This document shows, piece by piece, positions 12,501-27,500 of a stretch of 64,000 bases of DNA. A program made the translations under genes and the position numbers. The first letter of the stretch is position 1; each line of letters starts with the position of its first letter. The stretch spans positions 1 through 64,000 of the forward strand of contig JAAILG010000235.1 of NCBI GenBank assembly GCA_012026655.1, in the 5' to 3' direction. The notes below the pieces were generated by a model, which was not told the origin of the DNA, ran no database searches, and was given only the letters and a program-made list of their open reading frames with translations. Source of the stretch: Hydrolagus affinis. Lineage: Eukaryota.

Positions 12501-15500
12501 CACAAATTTATTTTGACCGTAGATACTTTAAGAGATAAATTGACAGACTGAATTTACACGCCATGAAATGCAAAGAAAATGTTTCCTTCAGGTTCCTAAT
12601 AGAATTGGAGGTGAGGCACATATCGAAACCAAAGCAGAAGTGTTTTCGGAATAGTGACACTTGAATAATTAACGTGAAAAATATTTTCAGAAATAGTCGC
12701 AAACTTTCTGATCCATAAGACAGAAAGGGCTTCCGTGAAGGGTGAGATACAAGCCAGAGTCAGAAGAGATGAAGCTGGACAAGATTTCACGATCAAGCCG
12801 AGTGTGGCCATGGGAGATTTTTAAATTGGAGAAAATAATAATAATCCTTGCATTTGATGTAGCGCCTTATCACATTATTACTCTCCCCAGAAAGCAATTG
12901 GCCAATCGTCTAACAACTGTGTTACTACTTACTGCTAGCTAAATAGAGGCATCTGGAGGAAGGCAACTTGCCTAAGGTTTCGTCCTGCCAATCTGTGGAG
13001 AATTTAAGGCTTGGTGGGACTTGGCAAGGTTGGGCTGTAGGATGTGTTGAGCAAATAGATACCACCCAACTCAATCAGCTCCTCACAATTTTGTATCAGA
13101 AATGAAGAAACAAAGGGAAGGAGAAAGGAGCCAGGTGTCAAGCAGGAGGAAGTTGGAATTGCTCCTTTGAATCGAGATGCAAGAGAAAGATTTCGACCCA
13201 AAGCACTACTGGAAGCAATTGCGTTTGCAGTAAAATAGAGTTTCTCTCTCTCTCTCTCTCACCTTACAGTTCGTTCATTTCTATAGAGTCCCTGGTTCAG
13301 GATCAGGTTTGCATCTTCCACAGTGCAGGCGACGTAATGGAGGAAAGTGTCACCCTTTTCTGGCTTGTGATAGTTATGCTTTAAAAAAGCTATTGAAGAA
13401 CTGATCTTCTTATTATCACCGTGACCTTCTACATCCTGTTCCAGAGATAAAGTCTGTGTTAAAAGCTCGAACTGACATTGGCAGTGAAACTCTTTAGTGC
13501 AGCTGGGCCTAAAGATTACACTTAAGCCAGTACCTCAGGTTTCGAGCAGGGAAAGGAACATCCATATGCTTATTTATGGTGATAGTAATGCGCAAGGCCA
13601 GGGTGAATAATCTGAGAAACGTGTTTCACTCTCTGAAAATGATGCCGTGTTAAGATAGCAATTAAAGTAGGACACAAAGTCTTTTCAGCTGGATTCGGAG
13701 CAGAATTCGACGGAGGGAGATATTTCAAAGATCTTAAACCCGTTGTTTCATACGGAATACAATTTATAAAAACAATAGTAATCATTGCATTTGATACAAC
13801 GGCTGATCACGTCTTCGGGACGTCTCAAAGCATTTCACTGGATATACTGTAAAGTGAATTGGCTGTATAATTTGTGATCGCCAGTAACAGCAGAGAGGAA
13901 TCTAGGCCTTTGTGGCATTTTAACTAAATTCCAGATCGTCTTAGACACAGGCTAACACTACAAAGCATCATACCTTATAAAGACACTCGAAAACAGCTTT
14001 ATAAACAGGACCCATGCTGGCACCTCCGAGCCGTGCTGCTTCTTTGATAGAGTAAAGCCATTTCCTCCTGGCGCTGGCCCGTGCCTCATTATGGCACGAT
14101 TGTGAAGAGCTGGTCGACAGAAATTGCACAATGCTGTCAAATGCCTCTTCATCATCGGCGATTTCATTAACGATGGCTTCAATGTACGACCTGAACTCCT
14201 GTTTGGTCAAAACAGTTTCCCCACTCCGGCATTTCTGGTTCATATTCAGTCTGATGTGAGCTGTTAAAATAGAGTCACACAACGTAACAAAGCACTACAC
14301 GCAGCTCCATTTCTCTCGACCTCATAATCCGAGCAATTTTTAAACAATGAAAGTTAAATGCTTCCCTCGTTTTTTTTCTCCTGGAAATATAGTGCTTTTC
14401 ATCTGCTGTCATCTTGATTGAATTATTTATATTGAATTGTTTGAAGCCAAGTATTTGTCCAAAGCTTAAGAAGAATAATAATGATAATAATCCTTCCATT
14501 TGATATAACAACAACAACTTTGATTTATATAGTGCCCTCCACGCTGGACGGCGTCTCAGAGCGCTTTATAGTGCTTTTCATGTTGGGAGGATCATAACTG
14601 TGTCAAAGCATTACACAACTTATCGTAAAGTGTATGAGACACTATGTATCTTCTATACTATGTGGAGCTCCTGTAGCTAGGGGTTAGAGCACTCGCCTTA
14701 CAAGCGTGAGACCTGGGTTGGAATCCAGGCAGATCAGGGCAAAACCTTGGGCAAGTTGCCTTACTCTGCACGCCTAATAATATTCCCTCCAGATAAAACC
14801 ACAATAATAAAAATTAGTCATTTCAATCCACAACTGTTTGTGGGACACTGCTCTGTGCAATTGGCTGCCGAGTTTCACCCACAAATATACAGTCAATTCA
14901 CTTTACAGTATATTCTGTAAAGCGCTTTGAGACATCGATAAGATGTGAAAAGCGCTACATCAAATGCAAGGATTATTATTATTTATTATTATCTGGTAAG
15001 CCTATTTGCGCACAGACAGCCGTGAAGTGAATGATCGATTTTACCTGGGTATTTATTCTCTAGAAAAACTCCCTTTGCTTTTCAATAGTGCTACAGGATC
15101 TTTAAACGACTACCTGAGCAGGTGGAGGGGACCTCCATTTATATCTCATTCAAAGGACACCACCTAGTAAATGGCAGAGTTCTCCCAACATTGCACTTGA
15201 GCGCAGCCTAGCTTTTGAGCTCAAAGAGCCTAACCTTACCTCACCCCAAAAGCTGCTGAGACCCTGGTCCATGCCTTTGTCACCTCTGGGCTGGACTATT
15301 GCAACGCCCTCCTCTCCAATCTCCCCTCCATCACAATCCACAAAATCCAGCTAATCCAAAACTCTGCCGCCCGCATACTCACCCACTCCAAGCTTCGCTC
15401 CCCCATTACCCCAGTCCTTGCCAGACTTCACTGGCTCCCTATCCCAGAGAGGGTCGACTTCAAGATCCTCACCCTTGTTTTCAAATCCCTCCACTCCTCT

Positions 15501-18500
15501 GCACCCACCTATCTCTCTGATCTCCTCTCTCCCCAACCCAGCACCCGCTGCCTTCGCTCTACCGAGTCTGGCCTCCTCCATGTCCCCCAAATCCTCCGCT
15601 CCACCCTCGGCTGCCGTGCCTTCAGCCACTACGCCCCGAGGCTCTGGAACTCCCTTCCTCACTCCCCTCGCCCCCTCTCTTCCCAGTTTCAGGTCACAGC
15701 TGAAGCCTTTCTCTTCGACCGCGCCTTCGGTCACCTTTTTGCCCCTGCCCCTGGCTCAGTCCCGGGATCCGCTATTGTAAAGCGCTCTGAGACGCCGTCC
15801 GCCGTGGAGGGCGCTATATAAATCAAAGTTGATGTTGCTATTGTTGTTGTTAACATGCGGCTTGCACCCCACAACTGGAGAGGGAAAAATGCTTCCACCT
15901 GAGCCAGGTTTTCGCACTGACTGACCTTTCATGGCAATGGTCTTCAGTGAAAGTCCAAAGAATTTAGGGCACCTGATCATAGATTGAAATCTCTTGATAT
16001 CAGGGTTACAGGATTTGACTGCAAGTAATTTGGCTGTTTCATACTGTGTTGGTACAACATTGGTCACCAGGGGGCACCATCATACCAAAGATGTGAAGAA
16101 ATTGTTGCTGGAAAGAGTTTGAAATCATGAAAGCTGCTTGTTTGAAAAATATTTAAAAGTTTTGCTCTACAGCAGTCACTGTTACACTAAGTCTAGTGTG
16201 ACACTGAAGTAGCTCTTTACAGCACAGTATCCAGGCCTTTTTTGGTCCACCGAATTTGTGCAGGTAAATTTCTCCACATAATAAATAAACAATAATCCTT
16301 GCATTTGATATAGCGCTTTTCACGTCTTATCGACGTCTCTCAAAGCGCTTCACGGAATGTACTCTAAAGTGAATTGTCTGTATATTTGTGGGCGAAACGC
16401 GGCAGCCAATTGCGCACAGCAGTGTCCGCCACAAACAGTCGTGGATTGAAATGACCAATTTTTATTATTGTGGTTTTTTTGGAGGGATTATTATTAGGCA
16501 CGTGGAGTAAGGAAACTTGCCCAAGGTTTCGCTCTGATCTGCCTGGATTCGAACACAGGTCTCACACTTGTAAGTCGAGTGCTCTAACCACTGTCTCCAC
16601 AATGACATATCTCATCTAATGCCATTCTCCCACACACTACTTCATGCCTTTTAACATTATCCCTTTTCAACCATCTATTTCGTTGCCTTTTAGAACAATG
16701 ATGGATTCTGCTCCAGATGCACTCAGCTCTTGCAAGTTAAATGATGAGCTGTGTGCACGGCCTGCACACGTTTCTAAGTTCTAAAACCAGCGGGCAGCTT
16801 CTGAAACTCAAAAAATGAGCTCGACATCGCGACCTGGCCAACTCTTTTGGAAAGGCCGTTAAGGAGTTGGCAGAACCGGCTCGAATAGTCCACGTTTATC
16901 TTTTTTATGTGGTCGCTGTCTGGACTCGTGAAATGAAGCAATGGTTAAAAATGGGATGGTTAATTATTGAGTGTTGATTACCCTTTGGAATTTGCAGAAA
17001 AGTGGGGCTGTTTCTTATTTGAGCCTCTGAAATCGCTAGCGCCTGCTCTTTAAACAAATTGCGTAACGCAACCACATGATTGTCCAGCATACCAAACTCC
17101 CAGTATTACCTGGAACAAATAATACAGTACTGCACTCGGTTCAGAGTTCAACGCAAGTCTAAATCTAATGAAGTTTAGTTTGTGCAAGCCTAAACACACA
17201 GCCCTTGAAGGCCTCAAAGCAAATTCTCCAGTAATACTTCTTACGGTGGGAGGTGCAAGAATGGGAAAGGGGAAAAGCAATTTTCAATTGCCAACTTCAG
17301 TTTGCAACTATTCGAAATTCCTTTTCGGATAATCTGGGCTAAGCATCTTTGAGGAATTGTTATCGTTCCATCCTTGGCTCCCCCCCCCACCCCCCCACCC
17401 ACCCCACAGTTGTGCCAGACTAACAGCACTGAATGAGTCAAAATTGCAAAGGCCACGCGAGCAATTTATAGAAAGTCTCCTCTTCTTTTTTCGCTTTCAT
17501 GCTGGAATGCGCCCCTATGGTGTGAAAGTGCCGCAGGCGAACCCTTTGATGTGCTTGATGGAGTTTATGAAAGCACATTGCGCCTTGCTAATCACCTCCC
17601 CCTCGGGGCCTTGCCCGCGCCTCGGCTATTTTCCGTGCCGAGGTGAGCGCAATGAAGCCACTTTTGGAAGCAACGGGGGAAGCGAGTGAGAAGAGAAAGG
17701 TGCAATGCCTTTCGAGCGCACAGCTTGTTAAAAATCAGACCAAAGCCATGTCACACTGGAATACAACAGCTGTATCTCATAAAACAGGAACCTCCACGCT
17801 AAATCCTCTCACATTCATTTTACTCAGTTGACAGAAACCAGAAGACCTTTAACCTGAAATATGAACTTATTAACTCAAGCAGTCCGTATTCTAAGAATAG
17901 CGAGCTGTTCAGATACGAGCATGAGGGAAGGAATAGGGTCGTGGGAAAACCGGGTCTGAGCTATAAACAGCAGCTGGGTTCCTTTGAATAGTTGTAAAAT
18001 GCCTAATTTCGCTGACGATATATTACGCCTCAGAAACCGATGCTCTCAACTTTTTGCCCAGTGACGGCCTTTTCGAATCCGCTGCACTCCTAATGGTTGC
18101 GGCTCATTGGAAACGGGGAATATGCCTTAAAAACAGCACGCGGAATGCAGTCAGACTCATGCAAAACTACCAGCATTATGAAATCCCATTTGTTGTGATT
18201 TTGGAGTGGGGTACAGTGGTGCTGGGGGAATAGAATTGAAGCATCCCTGGGCTGCTACCCAATGTGAAGAGAATTTAATATAGCACTTTTCACATCTTCT
18301 AGACATCTCAAAGCGCTTCACAGATCATACTGTAAAATGAATTGACCGCATATATGTGGGCGAAACGCAGCAGCCAATTGCGCACAGCAATGTCCCACAA
18401 ACAGTCGTGGATTGAAGTGACCAATTTTATTGTTGCTGTTTTTTCTTGAGGGGTTTTCTTGAGGGCTTATTATCAGGTGTGTGGAAGAAGGAAACTTGCC

Positions 18501-21500
18501 CAAGGCTTTGCCTTGCCGGGAACCAAACCCAGGTCTCTCGCTTGCAAGGCGAGTGTTCTGACCACTGAGCTACAGGACTCCACAATATGGACTCTGCATT
18601 GTTGTAGAATAAATTTACTGTTGGAGAGGTAAGGCAGATACTAAATTTACTAAGGCCAGAGGTTGGGTTGTGTTGAGGGGAAGAGTAAGTGATGTATGAT
18701 TGTTTATTGTCCCCCTTACTGATCTTTGCGCGCAAGGACGTTTTTTTTTCGGAGTTAGTACATTCATTGGTCTTAAATAGAGGTTTCCATGATGGGGGAA
18801 AAATTGCCCTTGGATTAGTAATTCCCCCGATCAGTCAAGAAGTATTGCACGAAGATTATTTCCTCAACCAGTAAGTCAATGAGTCGGCTTTAAAATTACT
18901 GAAACATTCCTTGCACTCAATCCTTATAAGGGAAAATTTGGCATTCCAACCTTAGGGGACTAGTGGCAATATTTCAACGATGCATTAGGCCACCTCTAGA
19001 GGGTGTACGTAGTAAAATTAGTAAAATAATTCCAACCATAGCAAAGTTTCTGGCAAAAATAAAAGCATGTTGGTTCAGTTTCACCTACCTTTCCTTAAGG
19101 CATTCTTCTCCATTCCGTCCTTATATTTGGTCAAGGTTGTGGCCAGTTCTGGCATGTCAATGAAGCCCGACTCATCGAGATCCAACTTCTGAAACAATGA
19201 GTCCAGGACAATCTTGTGCTTGTTTGACAATTTGTTGTTCTTGGCCTGAGAACACAAGCGGAGATCGTGAAAGGCTACTGTGCAACCGAGGAAACCCACA
19301 AAAAAAGGACGGGACAGTTTTGCACTTTATCGTAGAAACTCCAACACAGAACGAGGATAGTCAGATAGAAAGAGGATAATAATAATACTCAGAAGGAAAC
19401 ACCTTTGAGCTCCTGTGGCTCAGTGGTTAGAGCACTTGTCTTGCAAGCTGGGGAGACCTGTGTTCGAATCCAGGCAGGTCAGGGCGAAACCTTGGAGAAG
19501 TTTCCTTACTCCACACGCCTAATAATAATCCCCCCCCAAAAAACGCAATAATAAAATTGGTCATTTCAATCCACGACTGTTTGTGAGGGACACTGCTGTG
19601 CGCCATTGGCTGCCGCGATTCGCCCACAAATATATACAGTCAATTCACTTTACAGTCAATTTGGTGAAGCGCTTTGGGACGTTGATAAGATGTGGAAAGC
19701 ACTATATCAAATGCAAGGATTATTATTATTATATTATATTTGATGAATCTTTGCGCACAAAATCGTCAATTCACTTTACAGTATATATTCTGTGAAGTGC
19801 TTTGAGACGTCTAGCAGACGTGATAAGGTGCTACATCAAATGTAAAGATTATTATTGTAATCATTCTTAACATTATCGTCAGCCCACTGAGCCTATGCCA
19901 GTGTTAAATCTACCAATGGAGCTCTCCACTCTAATCCCAATTCTGGACTCTTTTCCCATAGTCGTTCTTAAGTTGTTCTCTTCAAATATTTATTAAATGT
20001 ACAAACACATGAATGCCGTTAACCACCTCGGATCATAGGGAAATAAAGTTTGGTTTGGGGAAGCGTCACTGAGAGGAGAATAACTCTTAGAAGTCAAAAG
20101 CTTTGACTCTCGTGTGTTTACATTGTGTTGCTGAGCTTGAAACTCATATAACTGCACTAAAACTCCGCTGACCTGATCAATGGAGGGGTTGGAGGGGGTG
20201 GGGTGAGAGGGAGTGGTGGGGTGTGGGTTGGACCCAGTCAAGTCTAATTGTAATTAGAATAAAAATCCTAACATTTGATATAATGTCTCATGATGTCTTC
20301 GAGACGTCTCGAAGCGCTTCACAGAGTATACCGCAAAGCAAATTAACCGTATATTTTGTGAGGCTAAGCCACGCTTGAATCTGCAAGTAGAAGACAGTGG
20401 ATAAGCTGTATTGTGTTCGCGGGATCCAAACCGAGTTGAGGCCGTTAATTTTTTCGGAGTGGGGCAGGCCGAAATCTGCACACAACCGTTCTTGCAGGAA
20501 TTTCTTTTAATTTCTCTGTTTCATGCACGGTCTGGTTTGATGTGAATTGCGGATACTAGGAGTCTGGTGAGCCAAGTGTTTACTGCATATACACAATAGA
20601 TATATAAAAAAATGATAAAATTGGTCATTTTCAATCCACGATTGTTTGTGGGAACACTGCTGTACGCAATTGGCTGCCACATTCTGCCCACAAATATACA
20701 GTCGAATATATACTGTAATATACTTTACAGTATATTCTGTGAAGAGCTTTGAGATGTCTAGAAGACATAAAAATCACTATATCAAATGCAAGATTATTAT
20801 TATTATTATTACAGATGGACTGGAGCTTGATATCCTTTTGATTGAATTTGCAATGATCCCTTGACACATTTATTGGGTAACTGGATTTCTCAAAGACAAG
20901 AAGTGAATGTTAATGAACTCTGAAGTGAGTTTTGTCAGTTCTAAATGATTTATGTCCTTGCTAAGGGTCCCCCTTTTGCAAGACTGTCCTTGAGTAATGG
21001 GGATTATATCAGTACCCAAGTATACATAAGAGGTCCATTGATCATTGCAAGGGCTATGGGAGCATCTGAAATCCATCCTGCAGTGTTTCAATAAAGCTAA
21101 TCATTAATGTTTTCTCAGTCGAAATCTCAGTCAGTTTCTAGCTCACAAGGCCATTCGGCTTTGAGTTGAGAGACTTCACAGTAATAATAATAATAATCCT
21201 TACATTTGATATAGCGCCTTTCACATCGTCTACACGTCTCAAAGCGCTTCACAGAACATACGGTAAAGTGAATTGACTGTACACTTGTGGGTGACAGTGT
21301 TAAGTACCTATGCCCCTCTCCTATTTTTGCCCAAATGTATACTTTTTTTGTGTCTTGCCACAGTTGTTGAAACTGCTCATTTATGCTGTAGGAAAATTGG
21401 CATCTAAGAGGCAAAAAAAAGATGAAAGTAACTGCAATCGGTGTGACATTTCAATGTTCTAAGCACTATATCTTAATGCAATCCAAGACTGTTTGTGGGA

Positions 21501-24500
21501 TGCTGCTGTGTGCAATTGGATGCTGTGTTTCACCCATAAAATATGGAGTCCATTCACTTTACAGTGTATTCTGTGAAGCGCTTTGAGACGTCTAGGAGAT
21601 GGGAAAAGTGCTATATCAAATAGGATTACTATAATTATATAAAAACACACATTGATGTTTTGATATGGGAACAGTACGTAGGTATTTTTCAATACTGTTT
21701 AAAATTTCATAAACCTTTACAAAGTCCCTTCTGGAGGGATGAGATCAGATAGGCCAAAGGCCCTGATTCAAATGAATTAATCTTGTGAGATCTTGTGATG
21801 CAGATCAGTTGTATGTTTATGGTGAGCTCTGTATCTGCTATACTGATACTATGTCGATAAGATGTGAAAAGCGCTATATCAAATGCAAAGATTATTATAG
21901 ACAGGTGAAAGTCATAAGCAATTTACCTGAGTAAATCTCGCTAGCCTTTCTTCCGTAGTCTCTTTGTAATGTTTCCTAATATAACTTGTAAGGTGGCTTA
22001 AAGTTTGATTTGAGGAAACGGATCCAGCAAATGTCATCATCATCTGGATAAATTGTCCGGTATTTACGACAGCCTTATCAAAAGCGAATATGGTGTCAGA
22101 GAAATCTTGGTCCTGAATGGCATGCATTAAGGGCTTCAGTTCTGTACAAACACACATAAACAAAGGCATTATTCATTCGCAGTATGACTCAAAACTCTGC
22201 ACGTTCAACCAGAACCACATTCTGCATCATTAAATTTTACAGTTTACATTCTTTCTGTCTTTCCTAGCAAGTTATTTTCAGATGGTTTACATGTGTGTGT
22301 GTTGATTGTGAGGCAGTAATAATCTCACTAAGACGTTCCTCATCATTTGAGAGCAACACAAGCAAGCTACAGTAATGAATATGACTTCAGGAAATTACCT
22401 ATGAATTTAGATCCTGCCTTACTCCATCCCGTCTCCTCTCCAGTGGAAGAATCAACCTGAAAATCTGAAATTAATTAGAAGGTATTAAATTAAAAGGCGA
22501 AGTGATGCTGGTAAGATGTTATTAAACTAGGCTAAATACACTCACAGATCAACTCTCAAAAATCTATCTTGCACATCAAGATTACTTTGACAATAATCAT
22601 ACATCACATTCAAAAGCTGTAAGTCAGTTGTAGCCAAATGTTTCTCGAAACTGCATAACATTTGAGATATTATGGCATATAATGGAGTCAAAAAATGCAT
22701 ATCTAGACTTGCACTTCTGAACCTTTTTCTTAAAACAGTGTTTTGTCGTTGGATAGCAACACGTGTGATTCTGTATTAATTACCTAGATTTCCTGGGGTT
22801 AAGATCGCTTCAGGTACCATTGGTGACATAGCCTCTGAAATAACACAAACAAAAATCGGAACATTCAAATATAAACAGAATCCTCTTCGAAGCGAACTGC
22901 GCAGAGCCAAGCCACCTTCAAAAGTTCACCATTCCACCTGGAAAGCGTTCGATCAAGGCATTTTGGTACTAAATTCAGCTCTTGGTTCATTTCGTAGCAT
23001 TTTATAGCGCAGAAGAATTTTATAAAGGTTCAGGTTGATGAAACTGGGTTTGGACGTAAGGTCTTGGACCTGAACCGTGAACTCACTTTCCTCTCTCCAT
23101 AGATGCTGCCAGACTTGCTACGTGTTCCCAGTGACTTCTGTTTTTATTTCAGATTGGAGATATCTGCAGTAGTTCGCCTTCTCTTAAAGATCTACCCATT
23201 TAATCCACTCCCCCACCTCTTTCTCCATAGGTTTTTCTATTCTTGTCTAAGCAACTTAGAAATGCTTTCAGTGTCTTTTTTTTAGTGTTTTTAGTCCGAC
23301 ATAAAGGCAATCTAAATACACTAGTTTGTTCCTAGTATTTACTGCCTATACTGTTCCACTCCATTATAACATTATTCCTAATGATTCTATTGCTATACTT
23401 TACACCCGAAGCCAATTGCTCACTTGAGGCTGGTGGTTCCTGTGGTGTTTCTGCACGTCTCCCGTCAGGTGTTGATTCACCCGTCTTCAAATCATCTTTT
23501 TGGTCGACAGTCTGTTTGTGTTTGTCAGCGGGCTGACCTGCGCTGTGGACTTTCTGCTTCGCCTCTTCCTCCAGAGATGTTGCTGCTTCTTCCGCCTCAT
23601 CAATTGGTCTCACTTGAAGGATCACTTTTTTACGTTGAAGGTCAGGAACAAAGACTATGTCGTTCAATTCAGCAAGGTCAAGTACAGGCCCTAGTGAAAA
23701 TGCACACAATAATAATACACTTACATTCGTTATAGTGACTTTCACGTCGGAAGGACGTCTCCCGGGGCTTAACTACAAAGAGCAGTGACCGTGTATTTTT
23801 TTTAAGTAGGCAAGTTTCACATAATCAGTTTTTTTTAATTATACCCGTGTGATTTTTTTAAAAAAATTCAGTGAGTATAAAAATCTTTGCATATGATGTA
23901 GTTCTAAAATGTTCCAAGTGTTTCACCATTGATTTGTGTAGTGATCGTGTGTTCAGACGGTCCTCAGTTTAGCATCTCTTTGAATGAGGCCACCTTTAGC
24001 AATGCAGCAGTCCTCCTTCACTGGAGCCTAGACTGTAAAATGGAAGTTCAAAGCCCCCAAATAATTTCAAACCCATAAACTCTATTATAATAATAATCGT
24101 TGAGACATCTCAAAGTGTTTCATAGAATACACTGTAAAGTAAATGACTGTATATTTTGTGTGCAAAACTTGGCAGCCAATTGTACACAGCAGTGTCCCCC
24201 AAACAGCCATGGATTGAGTGACCAAATCATTATTTTTTATTAAGAAATTATTGCCCCTGGAAAATTGATCTGCTGGAAAGTTGGTGTGCTGTCAACTGAA
24301 CCAAGGTGACCCTTAGAATACAGCTTATTACAGAATGTTTATAGAGAATTAGATCTATTTTAAATTTGACACGCCACCACTTTGTTTCTCCACTATTGTT
24401 TATCATCCATGCCTACAGTTACTTTCCCCTTCCCCTCCCCCTGGCTCGGCCATCGTTAAGCGCTCTGAGACGCTCCTGGCATGGAGGGCGCTATACAAAT

Positions 24501-27500
24501 GCAAGTTGTTGTTGTTAACCATCTCTTATTCTCATGACACTCACATTCCCTCGGATTACGTAACTGATTTTTAACTTTGCTTGAGCTGTTGTCATAGAGG
24601 TTCTCAAATAACTGTAACATCATCTTCCGATTCAGGGCTCCACCCTACAGAGAAAAAAAAATTGAATTTTATTTAACCCATTCATATACTCATGCATAAT
24701 ATAGCCCCTTATTTTTCATTTTGTTAGCGAAACTATTGATAAGAGCAGTACGATATGTAGGATTCTCCAACATTCTTTGTCTGAATTCAGTTCCCTTCAG
24801 TAATAATCATCAGTCTTAGATAAACTGCGAAAGCAAAAAATTTGCAGTTCATCATAATAATCCTGGCATTTCACATAATGCTTTATCATATTTTTGGGGC
24901 GTCTCAAAGTGTTTCACAAAGTATACTGTAAAATAAATTGAGTTTATAGTTGGTCAGTGAAACGCGGTAGCCAATTGTGCACAGCAACGTCCCTCAAACC
25001 ATTGTGGATTGAGTAGCCAAATTCTTCTCTTTATTTTGGTGCCTGATACTTGAAATATTGAAATATCCTAAAATTGCTTCACAGGTAATTACTGTCAAAC
25101 CTGGCTGACTATTGTAGGCAAAGTATCATATGACAGCAAGCCTGCTCCAGTATATCTGTGCTGTAGATTTGCAATGGTTTCCATTTTGTCGAATATACAC
25201 GTTGTTTTCTTGTGCTCTTTCCTTTTCTCTCCGAGTCAAAAGGTTCTATTAGTGACAGATGGTTTGTGCTCTATCTCATATGTACTGGGAACTTGATTAA
25301 GGCAAGAGTGGTAGAGTGGTATAGCGTTGGGGGAATGCTCATTCAATCCCCATCGCATTTCAAATCTTGTCCGCGTGGCTTGTGGCAAACACGCTGGAAT
25401 GCAGCCAACTTGCTCATCACAAAGCAAGAGAAAAATCAAGAGGAAAACTGTCCCCAAGGCAAGTGGAGAATGCCAGTGGAACCAAATCAAATCAAATCCC
25501 ACCCCTGACCCCACCATAACCTTGTTAACTATTGGTGATCTTTGATTAGTAAAGATATTATTATTACTGTTATTATTATCATCACATATCACCAACAATA
25601 ACAAAGTTACATTTGTATAACGCCTTTTACGTCGGGAGGATGTCCCAAGGCGCTGGAAATCTGTTATTAAAAATGATTCCACCCAATTATGTTTAACATT
25701 CAGCTTTTCTGCCCCCAACCTCTGGAACTCCATTCCCAAATCTCTCTGCCTTGCCCCCGTGTTTCTATCGCAAACTGCATAAACAACAACAACAAATTAC
25801 ATTTATAGAGCGCCTTTCACGTCGGGAGGACGTCCCAAGGCGCTGAAAGCTTGGCTTTGCTTCACTGTTCAACTTGCCAGACTATAGTTCTACACCAAAT
25901 TAAGACTGTTTGAATAGATTTTTGACTTGAAGGATCAATTTTTCTCTGTTCTTAAGCAATTCCTTAAAGCCTTCTGGTCGCCCCTTTGATTTCATTCTTG
26001 ATGGTTATCTGATTCACAGATAACCTGCCAGTAACTTTGGAACATGGGGAATTCGGAAGAGTTCACAGGCTTATATATTACAATTGTTAATCCCATTTAG
26101 CCAAGTTTCTATCCGTCCGTTTCTTAAATGCCTCCAGCTATGGACTTTCAGAGGCATTGCTCCATCTCTCAAACTACCACAGTACAAGTCACAACATGCA
26201 CAAAATAGCAGGCATGTTTGTTTGGTCACTATAGTATTCAACCGTCAACCACTGCTTTGAGATAGGAGAAGGTGCTGCATTAAAACTGCATTAAAAAGTA
26301 CATTTTTACTTATTTAGTTCCTTCTTTCCAACAAGTACATAGACTTGAATATGCAAGAATGGTTTAAGAAGACTGTCAAGAATAATTCAGAGTCTGGAGA
26401 TGGGACTTGTTTTTTTCTAGCACTGCTCCATCATGCATTCGGTTATGCAGAATTAATTCTACTTATCGTTTCACCCATCGGCGTATCTCTCTTAAACAGC
26501 TCTCAATCTAAGCACTGACCTTTCCAATGTCACATGATGAAAACAGCTTGGCGAATTTGTGTCTCAGCGCATATTCTTTTGCTGCATCTTGCAAAATGGT
26601 TACGCACTCAGAAATATGCGAGAGGAACTCCTCAAAAATGTCAGGCGGCTGGTTGTTCATGTAACCATACAAATACTGAGGGGAAAAGAAAATATATGTC
26701 CGGTTAAAAAGAAACAATATTTATCGCTCTCAATTTGCCATTAACGTCACTGGGTATCGGAGCCATTCTCAGCTGGACAGCACTGTATAAGCAATAAAGG
26801 CGTATAAATGGCACATTTCACAAAGCAACGTTATCATCAGCCTTACAACGTATCAAATGCGACTTTCCATTGAAATCAATTGTCCACGGTGAAGAGTAAG
26901 AACGATGAGAATAATCCTTGCATTTTGATGTGGTGCTTTTTCACGTCTTTCGGGCGTCTCAAAGCGCTTCACAGAGTTGACTGTATATTTGTGGGCGAAA
27001 CGCGGCAGCCAATTGCGCACGGCAGCGTCCCCACAAACAATGAAGTGACCACCTGATTGATGTGCACAGTTGGCAGCAATTACCTTTGTTACTAGCAAAC
27101 TAGGGTAATTTTAATACTGTATTACAGTACTTAAACGGTAACATTAAGATCAGAATGTTTGGGGAAGCTGGGGAGGGTGGAAATTCAGTCAATACATGGC
27201 TCAAGTCCCAGCAACGCTTCAGTGCAATGTTTCTTGGAGGAACCTAATATCTATTTAGAGAGAACCATTTCAAACAATCTTCTAATGGCCTAATCTTCTG
27301 AAAGCCGAGGAGACTACAAATGTGCTTGAGACAATTTCTGCTTGTGTTAGGAATGCGGCCGAGATGCCTTGCGAATCAAAAGCTTTCTGTTGCGGTTTGC
27401 TTTAATTCCACCCACTCACTTCCTTTGAAGCGTGTTGACATTTTGACATGGTTAAGAGAAAAGAACTATGTTGTTCATTTTGTTTTTGACAGTTCTTAAT

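Noticed and set aside
14664-14740. tRNA-like sequences (also ~18510-18582, 19407-19480, 38222-38285, 54002-54060, 60770-60840)
   Set aside because: They are SINE heads: no proper acceptor stem, and always followed by the same SINE body and tail
15351-15780. ORFs of 120-127 aa on both strands (similarly 783-1317, 5628-6205, 9283-10034, 44160-44645, 55740-56154)
   Set aside because: Off-frame or antisense readings of L2 LINE remnants, not host genes
16740-18200. CpG-richer unique-looking stretches in EFCAB5 intron 10, possibly old DNA transposons
   Set aside because: Could not identify terminal repeats, target duplications or coding remnants by eye
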